Source: an uncultured Ruminococcus sp. (GTDB lineage: Bacteria > Bacillota > Clostridia > Oscillospirales > CAG-272). Taken from it: a DNA stretch of 48,625 bases. The stretch spans positions 13,210 through 61,834 of the forward strand of contig CACWLT010000002.1 of NCBI GenBank assembly GCA_902761695.1, read 5' to 3'. The notes under the pieces are model-generated. The model did no database searches. It saw only the letters and a list, made by a program, of their open reading frames with translations, and was not told the origin of the DNA. Made by a program: the position numbers and the translations under genes. Below, piece after piece: positions 29,847-40,651 of this stretch. Position 1 is the stretch's first letter. Every line of letters begins with the position of its first letter.

Positions 29847-31270
29847 GTATTCACGAAGAATGCGGCGTGTTCGGGGTGTTTTCCCCGGAGCCGGCCGACG
29901 CGGCGGGGATCGTTTACTGCGGTCTCTTCGCCCTGCAGCACCGGGGACAGGAGTCCTGCGGGATCGTGGCGGCGGACGACGGGGTGTTTTCCTCGCACAA
30001 GGATCTGGGACTGGTCGGGGAGGTCTTCACGCCGGAGACGCTCTCGAAGCTGCCCCGGGGAAATATGGCGGTGGGACACGTCCGGTATGCCACCACGGGT
30101 GGCGGGAACAACCGGGCCAACTGCCAGCCCATCGAGGTCAATCACGTCAAGGGACACATGGCCCTCGCCCACAACGGCAACCTCGCGAACGCGGCGGAGC
30201 TGAGGGGGGAGCTGGAGCTGTCCGGCGCGATCTTCCACACCACCTCGGACACGGAAACCATCGCCTATCTGGTGACGCGGGAGAGGGTGCGGACGTCCTC
30301 CATCGAAGACGCTCTCTCCGCCGCCATGCCCCGCTTTGACGGAGCCTATTCCCTCGTCCTCATGTCCCCCCAGAAGCTGCTCTGCGCCCGGGATCCCTAC
30401 GGTTTCCGGCCCCTCTGTTACGGCAGGCGGGAGGACGGGATCTGGGTCGTGGCCTCGGAGTCCTGCGCGCTGAAGGCGGTGGGAGCGGCGTTCATCCGTG
30501 ACGTGGAGCCGGGGGAGATCCTGGTTTTCACAAGGGACGGCGTCATATCCCGCCGGGAGCACTGCGGAGAAAAGCCGCGGCGCTTCTGCGCGTTTGAGTA
30601 TATCTATTTCGCCCGTCCGGATTCCGTTCTGGACGGGGTGAGCGTGCACCGGGCGCGGCGGGAGGCGGGACGAATCCTGGCAAGGGAGTGTCCTGCGGAG
30701 GCGGAGCTTGTGATCGGCGTGCCGGATTCGGGGATCGACGCGGCGCTGGGATATGCCGAGGTCTCCGGGATCCCATACGGTATTGGGCTCATCCGGAACA
30801 AATACGTGGGCCGGACCTTCATCGCCCCGGAGGAAAGCGGGCGGCATGATCAGGTGAAGATCAAGCTCGCGGCCGTGGAGGAGGCCGTGCGGGGGCGGCG
30901 GATCGTGCTGATCGACGATTCCATAGTCCGGGGAACGACCAGCGGGCGGATCGTGGGACTGCTCAGGGAGGCCGGCGCACGGGAAATCCACATGCGCATC
31001 TCCTCCCCGCCCTTCGTCAGCCCCTGTTACTACGGCACGGACATCGACTCGAAGGAGCATCTCATTGCCGTGAAGCACACCACCGAAGAAATCTCCCACA
31101 TCATCGGCGCGGATTCGCTCGGGTATCTGCCCATCGAGGGGCTCCGGGAAATGACCGGGCGGGACGATCTCTGCACCGCGTGCTTCGACGGGAGCTACCC
31201 CACGGCGATCCCGGCGGACACGAGAAAGGACCGGTTTGAGGCGCGGCTGAACCGGAGGAAAACGATATGA
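29843..31270 (+). CDS. purF: Amidophosphoribosyltransferase
   Basis: EECGVFG, LQHRGQE, GHVRYAT, FEYIYFARPDS, DDSIVRGTT. Confidence 0.96.
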   Translation: MSIHEECGVFGVFSPEPADAAGIVYCGLFALQHRGQESCGIVAADDGVFSSHKDLGLVGEVFTPETLSKLPRGNMAVGHVRYATTGGGNNRANCQPIEVNHVKGHMALAHNGNLANAAELRGELELSGAIFHTTSDTETIAYLVTRERVRTSSIEDALSAAMPRFDGAYSLVLMSPQKLLCARDPYGFRPLCYGRREDGIWVVASESCALKAVGAAFIRDVEPGEILVFTRDGVISRREHCGEKPRRFCAFEYIYFARPDSVLDGVSVHRARREAGRILARECPAEAELVIGVPDSGIDAALGYAEVSGIPYGIGLIRNKYVGRTFIAPEESGRHDQVKIKLAAVEEAVRGRRIVLIDDSIVRGTTSGRIVGLLREAGAREIHMRISSPPFVSPCYYGTDIDSKEHLIAVKHTTEEISHIIGADSLGYLPIEGLREMTGRDDLCTACFDGSYPTAIPADTRKDRFEARLNRRKTI

Positions 31271-32355
31271 CGGAAAAAGGGATGAGAAAACTTGTGACCT
31301 CCGACGGCGCGGTGTATGTCGGAGAAGGCTTCGGCGCGTCCCCGGACCGGGTGTGCGAGCTGGTCTTCAACACCTCCATGGCCGGGTATCAGGAGATTTT
31401 GTCCGATCCCTCCTACACCGATCAGGCGGTGGTGATGACCTATCCGACGATCGGCAATTACGGGCTGAATCCGGACGACTGGGAGACGGACGTCCCCACC
31501 CTCGGCGCGCTCATCGTGCGGGAGGCGTGCGGCACACCGTCGAATTTCCGGTGCGCGGAAACGCTGGAGAATGCCATGAAGCGGTTCGGGATCCCGGGCA
31601 TCTCCGGCATCGACACCCGGAAGCTCACCCGGTCCATCCGGGATCTCGGCAGCCGGAGCGCTCTTATCACGGACGCCGGGACGCCCATGGAGGACTGCAT
31701 GAGGATCCTTCGAGACTACACTCCCCGCCGCGATCAGGTGGCCCGGGTGAGCACGAAGGAAAGCTGCACCGTCTCGCCGGAGCATCCCCGCTTTCATGTG
31801 GCCGCCGTCGACTGCGGAATGAAGAAAAACATCGTCCGTTCCCTCGTGCGGCGCGGATGCCGGGTGACGGTCGTGCCGTGGAATACGGGGGCCGACGCGA
31901 TCCGGGCGCTGCACCCCGACGGCGTCTTTCTCTCAAACGGCCCCGGCGATCCCGAGGACGTGGCGGAGACGATCGGGACGGTGCGGGCCCTGCGCGGGGA
32001 ATTTCCGCTCTTCGGCATCTGCCTCGGCCATCAGATTTTAGCCCTGGCTTATGGCGCGAAGACCTACAAGCTGAAATTCGGCCACCGGGGCGGGAACCAT
32101 CCCGTGAAGGACCTTGTCACCGGGAAAATCGAGATCACCGCCCAGAACCACTCCTACGCCGTGGATGCGGAGAGCCTTGCGGGAACGGGACTGACCGTGA
32201 ACCGGGTGAACCTGCTGGACGGGACGGTGGAGGGGCTTTCGGCTCCGGCTGAGCGGGCGTTTTCCGTCCAGTACCACCCCGAGAGCGTGCCGGGTCCCGA
32301 GGACAGCGGGGAACTGTTCGACGAGTTTATCCGCATGATGCAAATCAAAAAATGA
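31267..32355 (+). CDS. carA: Carbamoyl-phosphate synthase small subunit
   Basis: VFNTSMAGYQE, SNGPGDP, GICLGHQ, QYHPE. Confidence 0.96.
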   Translation: MTEKGMRKLVTSDGAVYVGEGFGASPDRVCELVFNTSMAGYQEILSDPSYTDQAVVMTYPTIGNYGLNPDDWETDVPTLGALIVREACGTPSNFRCAETLENAMKRFGIPGISGIDTRKLTRSIRDLGSRSALITDAGTPMEDCMRILRDYTPRRDQVARVSTKESCTVSPEHPRFHVAAVDCGMKKNIVRSLVRRGCRVTVVPWNTGADAIRALHPDGVFLSNGPGDPEDVAETIGTVRALRGEFPLFGICLGHQILALAYGAKTYKLKFGHRGGNHPVKDLVTGKIEITAQNHSYAVDAESLAGTGLTVNRVNLLDGTVEGLSAPAERAFSVQYHPESVPGPEDSGELFDEFIRMMQIKK

Positions 32356-32367
32356 TGGAGGCGTCCC

Positions 32368-35300
32368 ATGCCGAAGAGAACGGACATACACAAAATCATG
32401 GTGATCGGCTCCGGCCCCATCGTCATCGGACAGGCGGCGGAGTTCGACTACGCGGGGACGCAGGCCTGCCTCGCCCTGAAGGAGGAGGGCTACGAGGTGG
32501 TGCTCTGCAACTCCAATCCCGCCACCATCATGACGGACACCTCCGTCGCCGACCGGGTGTACATGGAGCCCCTGACCCTGGAATTCGCCGCCCGGATCAT
32601 CCGCACGGAACGCCCGGACGCCATCCTCCCCGGCATCGGCGGACAGACGGGGCTGAACCTGGCCATGCAGCTGGAAAAGAAGGGCGTCCTCCGGGAGTGC
32701 CGGGTCGAGCTTTTAGGCACGAGGTGCGCGTCCATCGAGGCGGCGGAGGACCGGGAGAAGTTCAAGGCCCTCTGTGAACGCCTGGGCGAGCCCGTTCTGC
32801 CCTCGGACGTGGCGCACACCGTCGAAGAGGGACGGGCGATCGCGGAGAGGATCGGCTATCCTGTGGTGCTCCGTCCCGCCTTCACCCTGGGCGGCACGGG
32901 AGGGGGATTCGCTGAGGACGAAGGCGAGCTGCTCCCCATGCTTGCGCGCGGCCTCGAGCTGTCGCCGGTCACCGAGGTGCTGGTGGAGAAGAGCGTGAAG
33001 GGGTATAAGGAGATCGAATACGAGGTCATGCGGGACAAAAACGACACGGCGATTACGGTCTGCAACATGGAAAACCTCGATCCCGTCGGCGTGCACACCG
33101 GGGATTCCGTCGTCGTCTGCCCCTCCCAGACCCTGACCAACAAGGAATACCAGATGCTCCGCTCCTCCGCCTTGAAAATCATCCGGGCACTGGAGATCGA
33201 GGGAGGATGCAACGTGCAGTTCGCGCTGGATCCCGGGTCGTTCCGGTATTACCTCATCGAGGTCAATCCCCGGGTGTCCCGGTCGTCCGCACTGGCGTCG
33301 AAGGCGTCCGGGTATCCCATCGCCCGGGTGTCGGCGAAGATCGGCGTCGGGATGACGCTGGACGAGATCCCCCTGGCCAACACCCCGGCCGCCTTTGAGC
33401 CGTCCCTGGATTATGTGGTAACGAAAATGCCGCGCTTCCCCTTCGACAAATTCACGGACGCCGACCCGACCCTCGGCACCCAGATGAAGGCCACCGGCGA
33501 GGTCATGAGCGTGGGCCGGACCCTTGAGGAGAGCCTGCTTAAGGCCGTGCGCTCCCTCGAGACAGGTCACAGCCATCTTTACGACAAAAGGTTTGACGCC
33601 GTTTTGACAGAAGAACTGCTGGATTCTGTCAGAACCCCGACGGATACCCGCCTTTTCGCCGTCGCGGAGCTCTTGCGCCGGGGCGTTTCTTCGGCTATAA
33701 TAGGGGAGAGGACCGGCATCGACCGCTTTTTCCTCGACAAGATCAAAAACATCACGGACACGGAGACCGCTCTGAAGGAGCATCCCGGGGACGCGGCCCT
33801 TCTCCGGTCAGCCAAGCGCATGGGCTTCTGCGACCGGGAAATCGCCCGGCTGTGGAACCGGACGGAGAAAGACGCCGCCGCGTTCCGGAAAGAGCGGGGG
33901 ATCGTCCCGGTCTACAAGATGATCGACACCTGCGCGTCGGAGTTTTCAAGCTACGTTCCCTATTTCTATTCGACGTACGAGGACGAGGACGAATCCGCCG
34001 TGTCGGACAGGCCGAAGGTGGTGGTCCTCGGCTCCGGCCCCATCCGCATCGGGCAGGGCGTGGAGTTCGACTATTCCACCGTCCGGGCGGTGAAGACCAT
34101 CCGGGAAGCGGGATATGAGGCCATTATCATCAACAACAATCCCGAAACCGTTTCCACGGACTACACCTGCTCCGACAAGCTCTATTTCGAGCCCCTCACC
34201 CCGGAGGACGTGATGAACGTGATCGAGCACGAGTGTCCCATGGGCGTCATCGCCACCCTCGGCGGGCAGACGGCCGTCAATCTGGCGGAACCTCTGGCGA
34301 AGCGCGGCGTAAAGCTCATCGGCACGGACTGCGAGGCCATCGCCCGCGCGGAGGACCGGGATCTCTTTGAAAAGCTCCTGCTCTCCCTCGGCATCCCCCA
34401 GCCCGAGGGCCGCGCCGTGACGAGCATCGAGGCGGGGGTGAAGGCGGCGGCGGAGATCGGCTATCCCGTCCTTGTCCGTCCATCCTTCGTGCTGGGAGGG
34501 CGGGCCATGCAGATCGTGGCGAAGGAGGCGGACCTCAGGCACTACCTCAGAACCGCCGTGGAGATCGACGAGGACAGGCCCGTTCTGGTGGACCGCTACA
34601 TCCGGGGCCGGGAGGTGGAGGCGGACGCGGTCTGCGACGGGCGGGAGGTCTTCGTGCCCGGCATCATGGAGCTGGTGGAGCGGACGGGGGTCCATTCCGG
34701 GGACTCCATCTCGGTCTACCCGCCCTTCTCCCTGTCGGAGAGGGTGAAGGAAACCATTCTGGACTACACGAAACGGCTCGGGACCGGCATCGGGATCGTG
34801 GGGCTGTACAACATTCAGTTCATCGTCACCCCGGCAGAGGAGGTCTTCATCATCGAGGTCAATCCCCGCTCCTCCCGCACGGTGCCCTTCCTCTCCAAGG
34901 CCACCGGGTATCCTCTCGCCGACATCGCGGCCCGCGCCATTCTCGGGACGAGCCTCAGAGAGCAGGGGATCGCGCCGGGATATCCGAAGGAAAAAACGCG
35001 GTACTACGTCAAGGTCCCGGCCTTTTCCTTCTCCAAGCTCGGCGGGATGGATGTCTGCCTCTCCCCCGAGATGAAGTCCACCGGGGAGGCCATCGGCTAC
35101 GACAAAAAGCTCCCCCGCGCCATGTACAAGGCCCTGGTGGCGTCCGGACTGAAGCTCCCGAACTACGGCACGGTCGTGGTGACCCTGGCGGATGAGGACA
35201 AGGAGGAGGGCCTGCCCCTGGTGCGCCGGTTCCGGGCCATGGGATTTGCCGTCGAGGCCACCACCGTCACGGCGGAATTCCTCAGAGAGCACGGGATCGA

Positions 35301-35544
35301 GGCCCGGACCCTCCACAAGCTGAGCGAGGGCAGCCATGAGGTCATCGACGCCATCCGGGCCGGCCATGTCAGCTACGTCATCAACACCCGCGCCATCCTC
35401 TCCGGCGTCCACTACGGAGACGGCACCGCCATCCGGCAGGCAGCCATCCAGTCCGGCGTGACCATGTTCACCTCCCTCGACACGGTGAAGGTTCTCCTGG
35501 ACGTGCTGGAGGAAATGACGATCGGAATTTCGAGAATCAGTTAA
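32368..35544 (+). CDS. carB: Carbamoyl-phosphate synthase large subunit
   Basis: [22 protein letters not shown], two ATP-grasp halves, C-terminal MGS-like domain. Confidence 0.97.
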   Translation: MPKRTDIHKIMVIGSGPIVIGQAAEFDYAGTQACLALKEEGYEVVLCNSNPATIMTDTSVADRVYMEPLTLEFAARIIRTERPDAILPGIGGQTGLNLAMQLEKKGVLRECRVELLGTRCASIEAAEDREKFKALCERLGEPVLPSDVAHTVEEGRAIAERIGYPVVLRPAFTLGGTGGGFAEDEGELLPMLARGLELSPVTEVLVEKSVKGYKEIEYEVMRDKNDTAITVCNMENLDPVGVHTGDSVVVCPSQTLTNKEYQMLRSSALKIIRALEIEGGCNVQFALDPGSFRYYLIEVNPRVSRSSALASKASGYPIARVSAKIGVGMTLDEIPLANTPAAFEPSLDYVVTKMPRFPFDKFTDADPTLGTQMKATGEVMSVGRTLEESLLKAVRSLETGHSHLYDKRFDAVLTEELLDSVRTPTDTRLFAVAELLRRGVSSAIIGERTGIDRFFLDKIKNITDTETALKEHPGDAALLRSAKRMGFCDREIARLWNRTEKDAAAFRKERGIVPVYKMIDTCASEFSSYVPYFYSTYEDEDESAVSDRPKVVVLGSGPIRIGQGVEFDYSTVRAVKTIREAGYEAIIINNNPETVSTDYTCSDKLYFEPLTPEDVMNVIEHECPMGVIATLGGQTAVNLAEPLAKRGVKLIGTDCEAIARAEDRDLFEKLLLSLGIPQPEGRAVTSIEAGVKAAAEIGYPVLVRPSFVLGGRAMQIVAKEADLRHYLRTAVEIDEDRPVLVDRYIRGREVEADAVCDGREVFVPGIMELVERTGVHSGDSISVYPPFSLSERVKETILDYTKRLGTGIGIVGLYNIQFIVTPAEEVFIIEVNPRSSRTVPFLSKATGYPLADIAARAILGTSLREQGIAPGYPKEKTRYYVKVPAFSFSKLGGMDVCLSPEMKSTGEAIGYDKKLPRAMYKALVASGLKLPNYGTVVVTLADEDKEEGLPLVRRFRAMGFAVEATTVTAEFLREHGIEARTLHKLSEGSHEVIDAIRAGHVSYVINTRAILSGVHYGDGTAIRQAAIQSGVTMFTSLDTVKVLLDVLEEMTIGISRIS

Positions 35545-35607
35545 GAATTATGAATTAAGAATTGTCCGCGCCGTAATTCTTCATTCTTCATTCTGAATTC
35601 TGAATTT
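35542..35607. repeat. Inverted arrays of AT-rich 7-nt tandem repeats
   Basis: TAAGAAT/TATGAAT/TAAGAAT followed by AATTCT-TCATTCT-TCATTCT-GAATTCT-GAATTT. Confidence 0.75.
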
Positions 35608-35622
35608 ACCCTGGAGGTTATC

Positions 35623-36414
35623 ATGCACTTCACCAAAATGCAGGGGCTCGGCAACGATTACCTCTATTTCTGGGGCGAGCCTGAGGATCCCGCGGCGGTG
35701 TCGAGAAGGCTGTCCGACCGCCATTTCGGCGCGGGCTCGGACGGGATCATCACCATCAGCCCCTCGGACATCGCGGATTTTAAAATGCGCATCTTCAACG
35801 CGGACGGCAGCGAGGCGAAAATGTGCGGCAACGGGATCCGCTGCGTCGGAAAATACGTCTATGACAAGGGCTACACCGACAAGACCCGCCTGCGCGTCGA
35901 AACGCTGTCCGGCATCCGGACGCTGGACCTGCACCTCTGCGGCGGGCGGGTGAAGAGCGTGTCCGTGGACATGGGCCGGGCCGGGGCGGGGGAGGATCTG
36001 ACGCTTGCGGCGGGCGGCGAGGAGATCGTCTGCACCCCCGTGGACGTTGGCAATCCCCATGCGGTGATTTTCACGGATACGCCTCAGGACGCCCGGCTCA
36101 CGACCCTCGGACCGCAGATCGAAAAGCACCCTGTCTTCCCGGACGGGGTGAACGTGGAGTTTGTCGAGGTTCTCGCGAAGGACCGGCTGCGGATGCGGGT
36201 CTGGGAGCGGGGGAGCGGCGTCACCATGGCCTGCGGGACCGGGGCTTGCGCTTCCGTCGCGGCGGCGGTGAAGAAGGGATACTGCCGGACCGAGGAAGAC
36301 ATCGCGGTGGTCCTTGACGGCGGGACGCTGAAAATCAGGATTTCCCCGGACGGCGGCGTCACCATGACCGGCCCGGCGGAATTTGTGTACGAAGGAGAAT
36401 GTGACTTATGCTGA
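35623..36414 (+). CDS. dapF: Diaminopimelate epimerase
   Basis: FTKMQGLGNDY, MCGNGIRC, GNPH, WERGSGVTMACGTG. Confidence 0.96.
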   Translation: MHFTKMQGLGNDYLYFWGEPEDPAAVSRRLSDRHFGAGSDGIITISPSDIADFKMRIFNADGSEAKMCGNGIRCVGKYVYDKGYTDKTRLRVETLSGIRTLDLHLCGGRVKSVSVDMGRAGAGEDLTLAAGGEEIVCTPVDVGNPHAVIFTDTPQDARLTTLGPQIEKHPVFPDGVNVEFVEVLAKDRLRMRVWERGSGVTMACGTGACASVAAAVKKGYCRTEEDIAVVLDGGTLKIRISPDGGVTMTGPAEFVYEGECDLC

Positions 36415-37616
36415 AGCCCAATCCGCATTACGCCGACCTGAAGGATTCCTATCTGTTCTACAACATTGCCCAGAAGACGAAGGCCTACTGCGACGCCCAT
36501 CCCGGAACGCGGCTTCTGCGCCTGGGGATCGGGGACGTGTCCCTGCCCCTCTGCCCGGTTGTGGTGAAGGCCCTGCATGAGGCGGCGGACCATCAGGGGA
36601 AGAAGGAGACCTTTCACGGTTACATGCCGGAGCCCGGAGCGCCCTTTCTCAGAGAGGCTGTCGCTGCGCACTACCGGTCCCGGGGGATCTCCCTCGATAC
36701 GGAGGAGGTCTTCATATCCAGCGGCGCCAGCGACGAACTGGGGGACATCCTCGACCTCTTCGACCGGGACAGCGCGGCCCTGGTGATCGAACCGGCATAT
36801 CCGGCCTACGTGGACGCCAATGTCATGGCGGGGCGGCGGATCGTGCGGCTCAGTTCCTCCGAGGAGGACGGCTTCACCCCCGTGCCCACTGCGGACATTG
36901 ACGCGGACCTCGTCTATATCTGCTCGCCGAACAATCCGACCGGCGCGGTGTTCTCCCGGGAAAAGCTGAAGGTCTGGGTGGACTGGGCCAACGACCGGGG
37001 CGCGGTGATCCTCTTCGACGCGGCCTACGAGGCGTTTGTCACCGATCCCGCCCTCCCGCGCTCGATCTTTGAAATCGAAGGAGCCCGGACCTGCGCCGTT
37101 GAGATCTGCTCCCTCTCCAAGACGGCGGGCTTCACCGGGACGCGCCTCGGATACACCGTGATCCCGAAAGCCCTGGAGCGTGGCGGCATGAATCTGAACG
37201 CCATGTGGGTGCGCAACCGGACCACCAAGACCAACGGTGTCTCCTACGTGATCCAGAGGGCGGGCGCGGCGGTCTTCACCCCGGAGGGACAGGCGCAGAT
37301 CCGGGACAACCTCCGGGTCTATCAGGCCAACGCGAAGATCCTGACGGACACCTTCGACGGCCTCGGGATCCGGTACTTCGGCGGAAAAAACGCCCCCTAT
37401 GTCTGGGTGAAGTGTCCCGGAGACATGGAGAGCTGGGCGTTTTTCGATCTTCTCCTGAACGAGATCCAGGTGGTCGGCACCCCCGGCGCGGGCTTCGGCT
37501 CTTCAGGGGAAGGATACTTCCGCTTCTCGACGTTCGGCTCGCCGGAGGATACAGGGGAAGCGGCGGAGCGGATGTCCCGGCTTATAGCCCGGATTTTAGC
37601 CCGGCCTATGACATAA
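36408..37616 (+). CDS. dapL: LL-diaminopimelate aminotransferase
   Basis: SYLF, LGIGD, CSPNNPTG, DAAYEAF, SLSKTAGFTGTRLG, NAPYVW, TPGAGFG. Confidence 0.93.
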   Translation: MLKPNPHYADLKDSYLFYNIAQKTKAYCDAHPGTRLLRLGIGDVSLPLCPVVVKALHEAADHQGKKETFHGYMPEPGAPFLREAVAAHYRSRGISLDTEEVFISSGASDELGDILDLFDRDSAALVIEPAYPAYVDANVMAGRRIVRLSSSEEDGFTPVPTADIDADLVYICSPNNPTGAVFSREKLKVWVDWANDRGAVILFDAAYEAFVTDPALPRSIFEIEGARTCAVEICSLSKTAGFTGTRLGYTVIPKALERGGMNLNAMWVRNRTTKTNGVSYVIQRAGAAVFTPEGQAQIRDNLRVYQANAKILTDTFDGLGIRYFGGKNAPYVWVKCPGDMESWAFFDLLLNEIQVVGTPGAGFGSSGEGYFRFSTFGSPEDTGEAAERMSRLIARILARPMT

Positions 37617-37781
37617 GGCGCGCTTTATTCATGAGACGGCAGACTGAATGCCGGTTTCAAACGAGCCGCTTTCGGAACCTTTTCTCTGCCCGGCTTTCAG
37701 GCATAATCTGCCTCCATTTCTCATCCGTCCGGATGCTTGTTGCCTCGCGGTTCAGCTTGTCGGTAAACGGTTCCGGTATAG

Positions 37782-37973
37782 TGCAAGGAAAAGCTGGGCG
37801 TCGACGCGCTCGACACGCAGCTTGCGTACAGTATCTGGTTTTACTGTATGGGAGCCGTGGGGATGACGCGGGAATGGGTGCTGAACGACAACATCACCTC
37901 GGCGGAGACGGTGGTGCGCATGATGTTCGCGTCCATGCCGGAGAACATGCGGGCGGCGGTGTTTGGGGAATGA
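37782..37973 (+). pseudogene. C-terminal fragment resembling a TetR-family regulator C-terminal domain
   Basis: After an in-frame TAG: CKEKLGVDALDTQLAYSIWFYCMGAVGMTREWVLNDNITSAETVVRMMFASMPENMRAAVFGE*. No HTH part is present. Confidence 0.6.
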
Positions 37974-38154
37974 AAGGGCGGGCAGCCGGGCGGAAAATCT
38001 GTCTTGATTTTCTTTACCGATACGCAGAGACGCGTTTTTTGTGGTATAATCCGTTCAGGCGTGCGCCGGTTCGGTGCACACAGTACGCTGTCCGACGGGG
38101 AGATCCACGACCGGATCGCGGACAGCCGCGAGCGCGTGAAGGAGGGAAAATAAG

Positions 38155-38763
38155 ATGGGACACTGCGACTGGTCCTTGTCCGACGAACGGAACCGGAAGT
38201 ATCACGACACCGAATGGGGCGTTCCCGTTCACGATGACCGGCAGATGTTTGAGCACCTGACGCTGGAATGCCTCCAGTGCGGTATGTCGTGGGGATTGAT
38301 GATGAAAAAGCGGGACATCTTCCGCCGGTGCTTTGAGAATTTCGACTATGAGAAAATCGCGGCATACGGCGAGGAGGACGTGCGGCGCATCCTCGAAACG
38401 GAGGGGATGCTGAAATCCGAACGGAAGATCCGCGCCGTGATCGGCAACGCCCGCTGTTATCGGAAGATCCGGGAGGAGTTCGGGTCCTTCTGCCGGTATA
38501 TATGGAATTACAGCGGCGGAAAAACGATCCTCTACGAGGGACACGCGGAGGGAAAAATCCCGGTGTCAAACGGCCTGTCCGACCGGATCAGCCGGGATCT
38601 CAAAAAGCGCGGCTTCAAGTTCGTGGGAGCGGTTACGATCTATTCCCACCTGCAGGCCTGCGGACTCATCAACGACCACGCCTCCGACTGCCCCTGCTTT
38701 TCCCGGATCAATGAGAACCATCCCACGGTGAACCTGCCGCCCGACGGGGAGGTCATGGGATAA
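38155..38763 (+). CDS. tag: DNA-3-methyladenine glycosylase I
   Basis: CDW, YHDTEWGVP, FEHLTLE, LKKRGFKFVG, QACGLINDH..C. Confidence 0.94.
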   Translation: MGHCDWSLSDERNRKYHDTEWGVPVHDDRQMFEHLTLECLQCGMSWGLMMKKRDIFRRCFENFDYEKIAAYGEEDVRRILETEGMLKSERKIRAVIGNARCYRKIREEFGSFCRYIWNYSGGKTILYEGHAEGKIPVSNGLSDRISRDLKKRGFKFVGAVTIYSHLQACGLINDHASDCPCFSRINENHPTVNLPPDGEVMG

Positions 38764-38830
38764 ACACGGTTCCGCGCCGCCGGCAGGGGGTCTGAGTGCG
38801 CAAAATGACTGTTTTTTCAAATTCTCCCTC

Positions 38831-38866
38831 AACGCAAACAAAATCTTAACATTTCCGTGCTATACT
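38831..38866 (+). promoter_or_regulatory. Putative OmpR-type direct-repeat site and extended -10
   Basis: AACA at 38837 and 38848 (11-bp period), then TGcTATACT. Confidence 0.5.
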
Positions 38867-38899
38867 GTCCCCATCAAAACAAAAGCGGGGAGAACGATC

Positions 38900-39571
38900 A
38901 TGCTCAAAATTCTCGTGGTGGAGGACGACCGGGCGCTGAACAGGGCGGTGTGCGCGTTTCTCGAAAACAACGGCTTCGGCACAACCGGGTGCTTTACGGC
39001 GGACGAAGCCTATGACGCCATGTACGCGGAGGTGTTCGACTGCATCCTCTCCGACATCATGATGCCCGGCACGGACGGGTTCGAGTTCGCAAAATCCGTG
39101 CGTCAGCTCAACAACGAGATCCCGATCCTCTTCATGACGGCGAAGGACGATATGCTCTCCATGCAGCGGGGCTACCGGATCGGAATCGACGACTACATGA
39201 CCAAGCCCATCAACTTCGACGAGCTGCTGCTCCGGATCGGGGCACTCCTGCGCCGCGCGAAGATCTCCGCGAGCCACCGGCTGGAGGTGGGGCGGTTCGT
39301 TATGGATCTGGACGAGCGGGAGGCGGCCCTCGGCGGCGAAGCGGTATCCCTGACCGTGCGGGAGTTCAATATCCTTTATAAGCTCCTGTCCTATCCGAAA
39401 AAAACCTTCACGCGCCAGCAGCTCATGGACGAGTTCTGGGACGCGGACACCACCTCCGGCACCCGCACCGTGGACGTGTACATGACCAAGCTCCGGCAGA
39501 AGCTGGCGGGATGTGAGGATTTTGAGATCCAGACCGTCCACGGGCTCGGCTACAAGGTGGTGATCAAATGA
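38900..39571 (+). CDS. OmpR-family response regulator
   Basis: ILVVEDD, DIMMPG, MTAK, DDYMTKP; wHTH RTVDVY..TVHGLGY. Confidence 0.93.
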   Translation: MLKILVVEDDRALNRAVCAFLENNGFGTTGCFTADEAYDAMYAEVFDCILSDIMMPGTDGFEFAKSVRQLNNEIPILFMTAKDDMLSMQRGYRIGIDDYMTKPINFDELLLRIGALLRRAKISASHRLEVGRFVMDLDEREAALGGEAVSLTVREFNILYKLLSYPKKTFTRQQLMDEFWDADTTSGTRTVDVYMTKLRQKLAGCEDFEIQTVHGLGYKVVIK

Positions 39572-40584
39572 AGGGAAACCAAAGCCGCTTCCCGCTGTCC
39601 ACCTTCTGGATCGTGCTGGGAATCCTGCTCCTGACAGCGGGGATCCAGATGGGGCTTCTCGTCGGGATGGACCGCGCGGGCTGGACGCCCATCGTCGAAA
39701 CCCATGTGATGCTCTTTTACTGGCTCGGCGCGGCGGCGCTTCTGACGTGGCTGATCCGGCTGCGGATGAAGGCGGCCTACGATAAGCCCGTGCAGGCGAT
39801 TTCCGAGGCGACGAAGCGGGTGGCCCACGGCGATTTCACGGTGCGGATCCCGCCGATCCACGAGGACGGGGGAAAAGAAGACTACCTCGACTTCATGATC
39901 CGGGACCTCAACGCGATGATCGCTGAGCTCTCGAGCATCGAGACGCTGAAAACGCCCCTCGCCGCCATCAACAACTATGCCTCCCTCCTTTCCGCGCCCG
40001 GACTGGACGAGGGGACGCGGCGGGAGTACGCAAGAGCGGTGGCGGACGCCTCCTCCCGGCTGTCGGTGCTCATCACGAACATTCTGCGCCTGAACCGCCT
40101 CGACAATCACAAACTTGCCCCGAAGCGGGAGGAGTTCGACCTCGGCGGACAGCTCACGGAGTGCCTTCTGACCTTCGAGAATGTCTGGTCGGACAAGGGG
40201 ATCGACATCGAGCCGGACATCGCCGACGACGTGAAAGTCACCTCCGATCCGGAGCTCTTGTCCGTTGTTTGGAACAATCTTTTGTCCAATGCCTTCAAGT
40301 TCACGGAGTCCGGCGGGGTCGTGGGGATCACGCTGAAGGAAGAGAACGGCATGGATGGAAGCCGGGCCATCGTCACCGTGTCCGACACGGGATGCGGGAT
40401 GAGCGCGGACACGGCGCGGCACATCTTTGATCGGTTCTATCAGGGTGACACATCCCACGCCACGGAGGGCAACGGCCTCGGCCTTGCTCTGGTAAAGCGG
40501 ATCGCGGACCTTCTCGGCGCGGAGGTCACGGTGGAGAGCGAAGAAGGGCGGGGAACGAAATTCATCGTGCGCCTGGCGAAGTGA
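39568..40584 (+). CDS. HAMP sensor histidine kinase lacking the H-box (probably kinase-dead)
   Basis: 2 TM + HAMP; N, G1, F and G2 boxes intact (NLLSNAFKF, DTGCG, IFDRFY, GNGLGL), but SIETLK|TPLAAI has no SHE. Confidence 0.85.
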   Translation: MKGNQSRFPLSTFWIVLGILLLTAGIQMGLLVGMDRAGWTPIVETHVMLFYWLGAAALLTWLIRLRMKAAYDKPVQAISEATKRVAHGDFTVRIPPIHEDGGKEDYLDFMIRDLNAMIAELSSIETLKTPLAAINNYASLLSAPGLDEGTRREYARAVADASSRLSVLITNILRLNRLDNHKLAPKREEFDLGGQLTECLLTFENVWSDKGIDIEPDIADDVKVTSDPELLSVVWNNLLSNAFKFTESGGVVGITLKEENGMDGSRAIVTVSDTGCGMSADTARHIFDRFYQGDTSHATEGNGLGLALVKRIADLLGAEVTVESEEGRGTKFIVRLAK

Positions 40585-40599
40585 GACCAGCCAAAACAC

Positions 40600-40639
40600 G
40601 AAACCGTTTTTCCTGAAAGGGAAGGACGGTTTTTTCGTT
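40600..40639 (+). terminator. Probable intrinsic terminator
   Basis: AAACCGTTTTTCCT-GAA-AGGGAAGGACGGTTT followed by T's. Confidence 0.65.
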
Positions 40640-40651
40640 CTTCCCACCAAA

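Noticed and set aside
37205-38260. 351-aa ORF spanning dapL to tag
   Set aside because: Overlaps two real genes out of frame and has non-protein-like composition.
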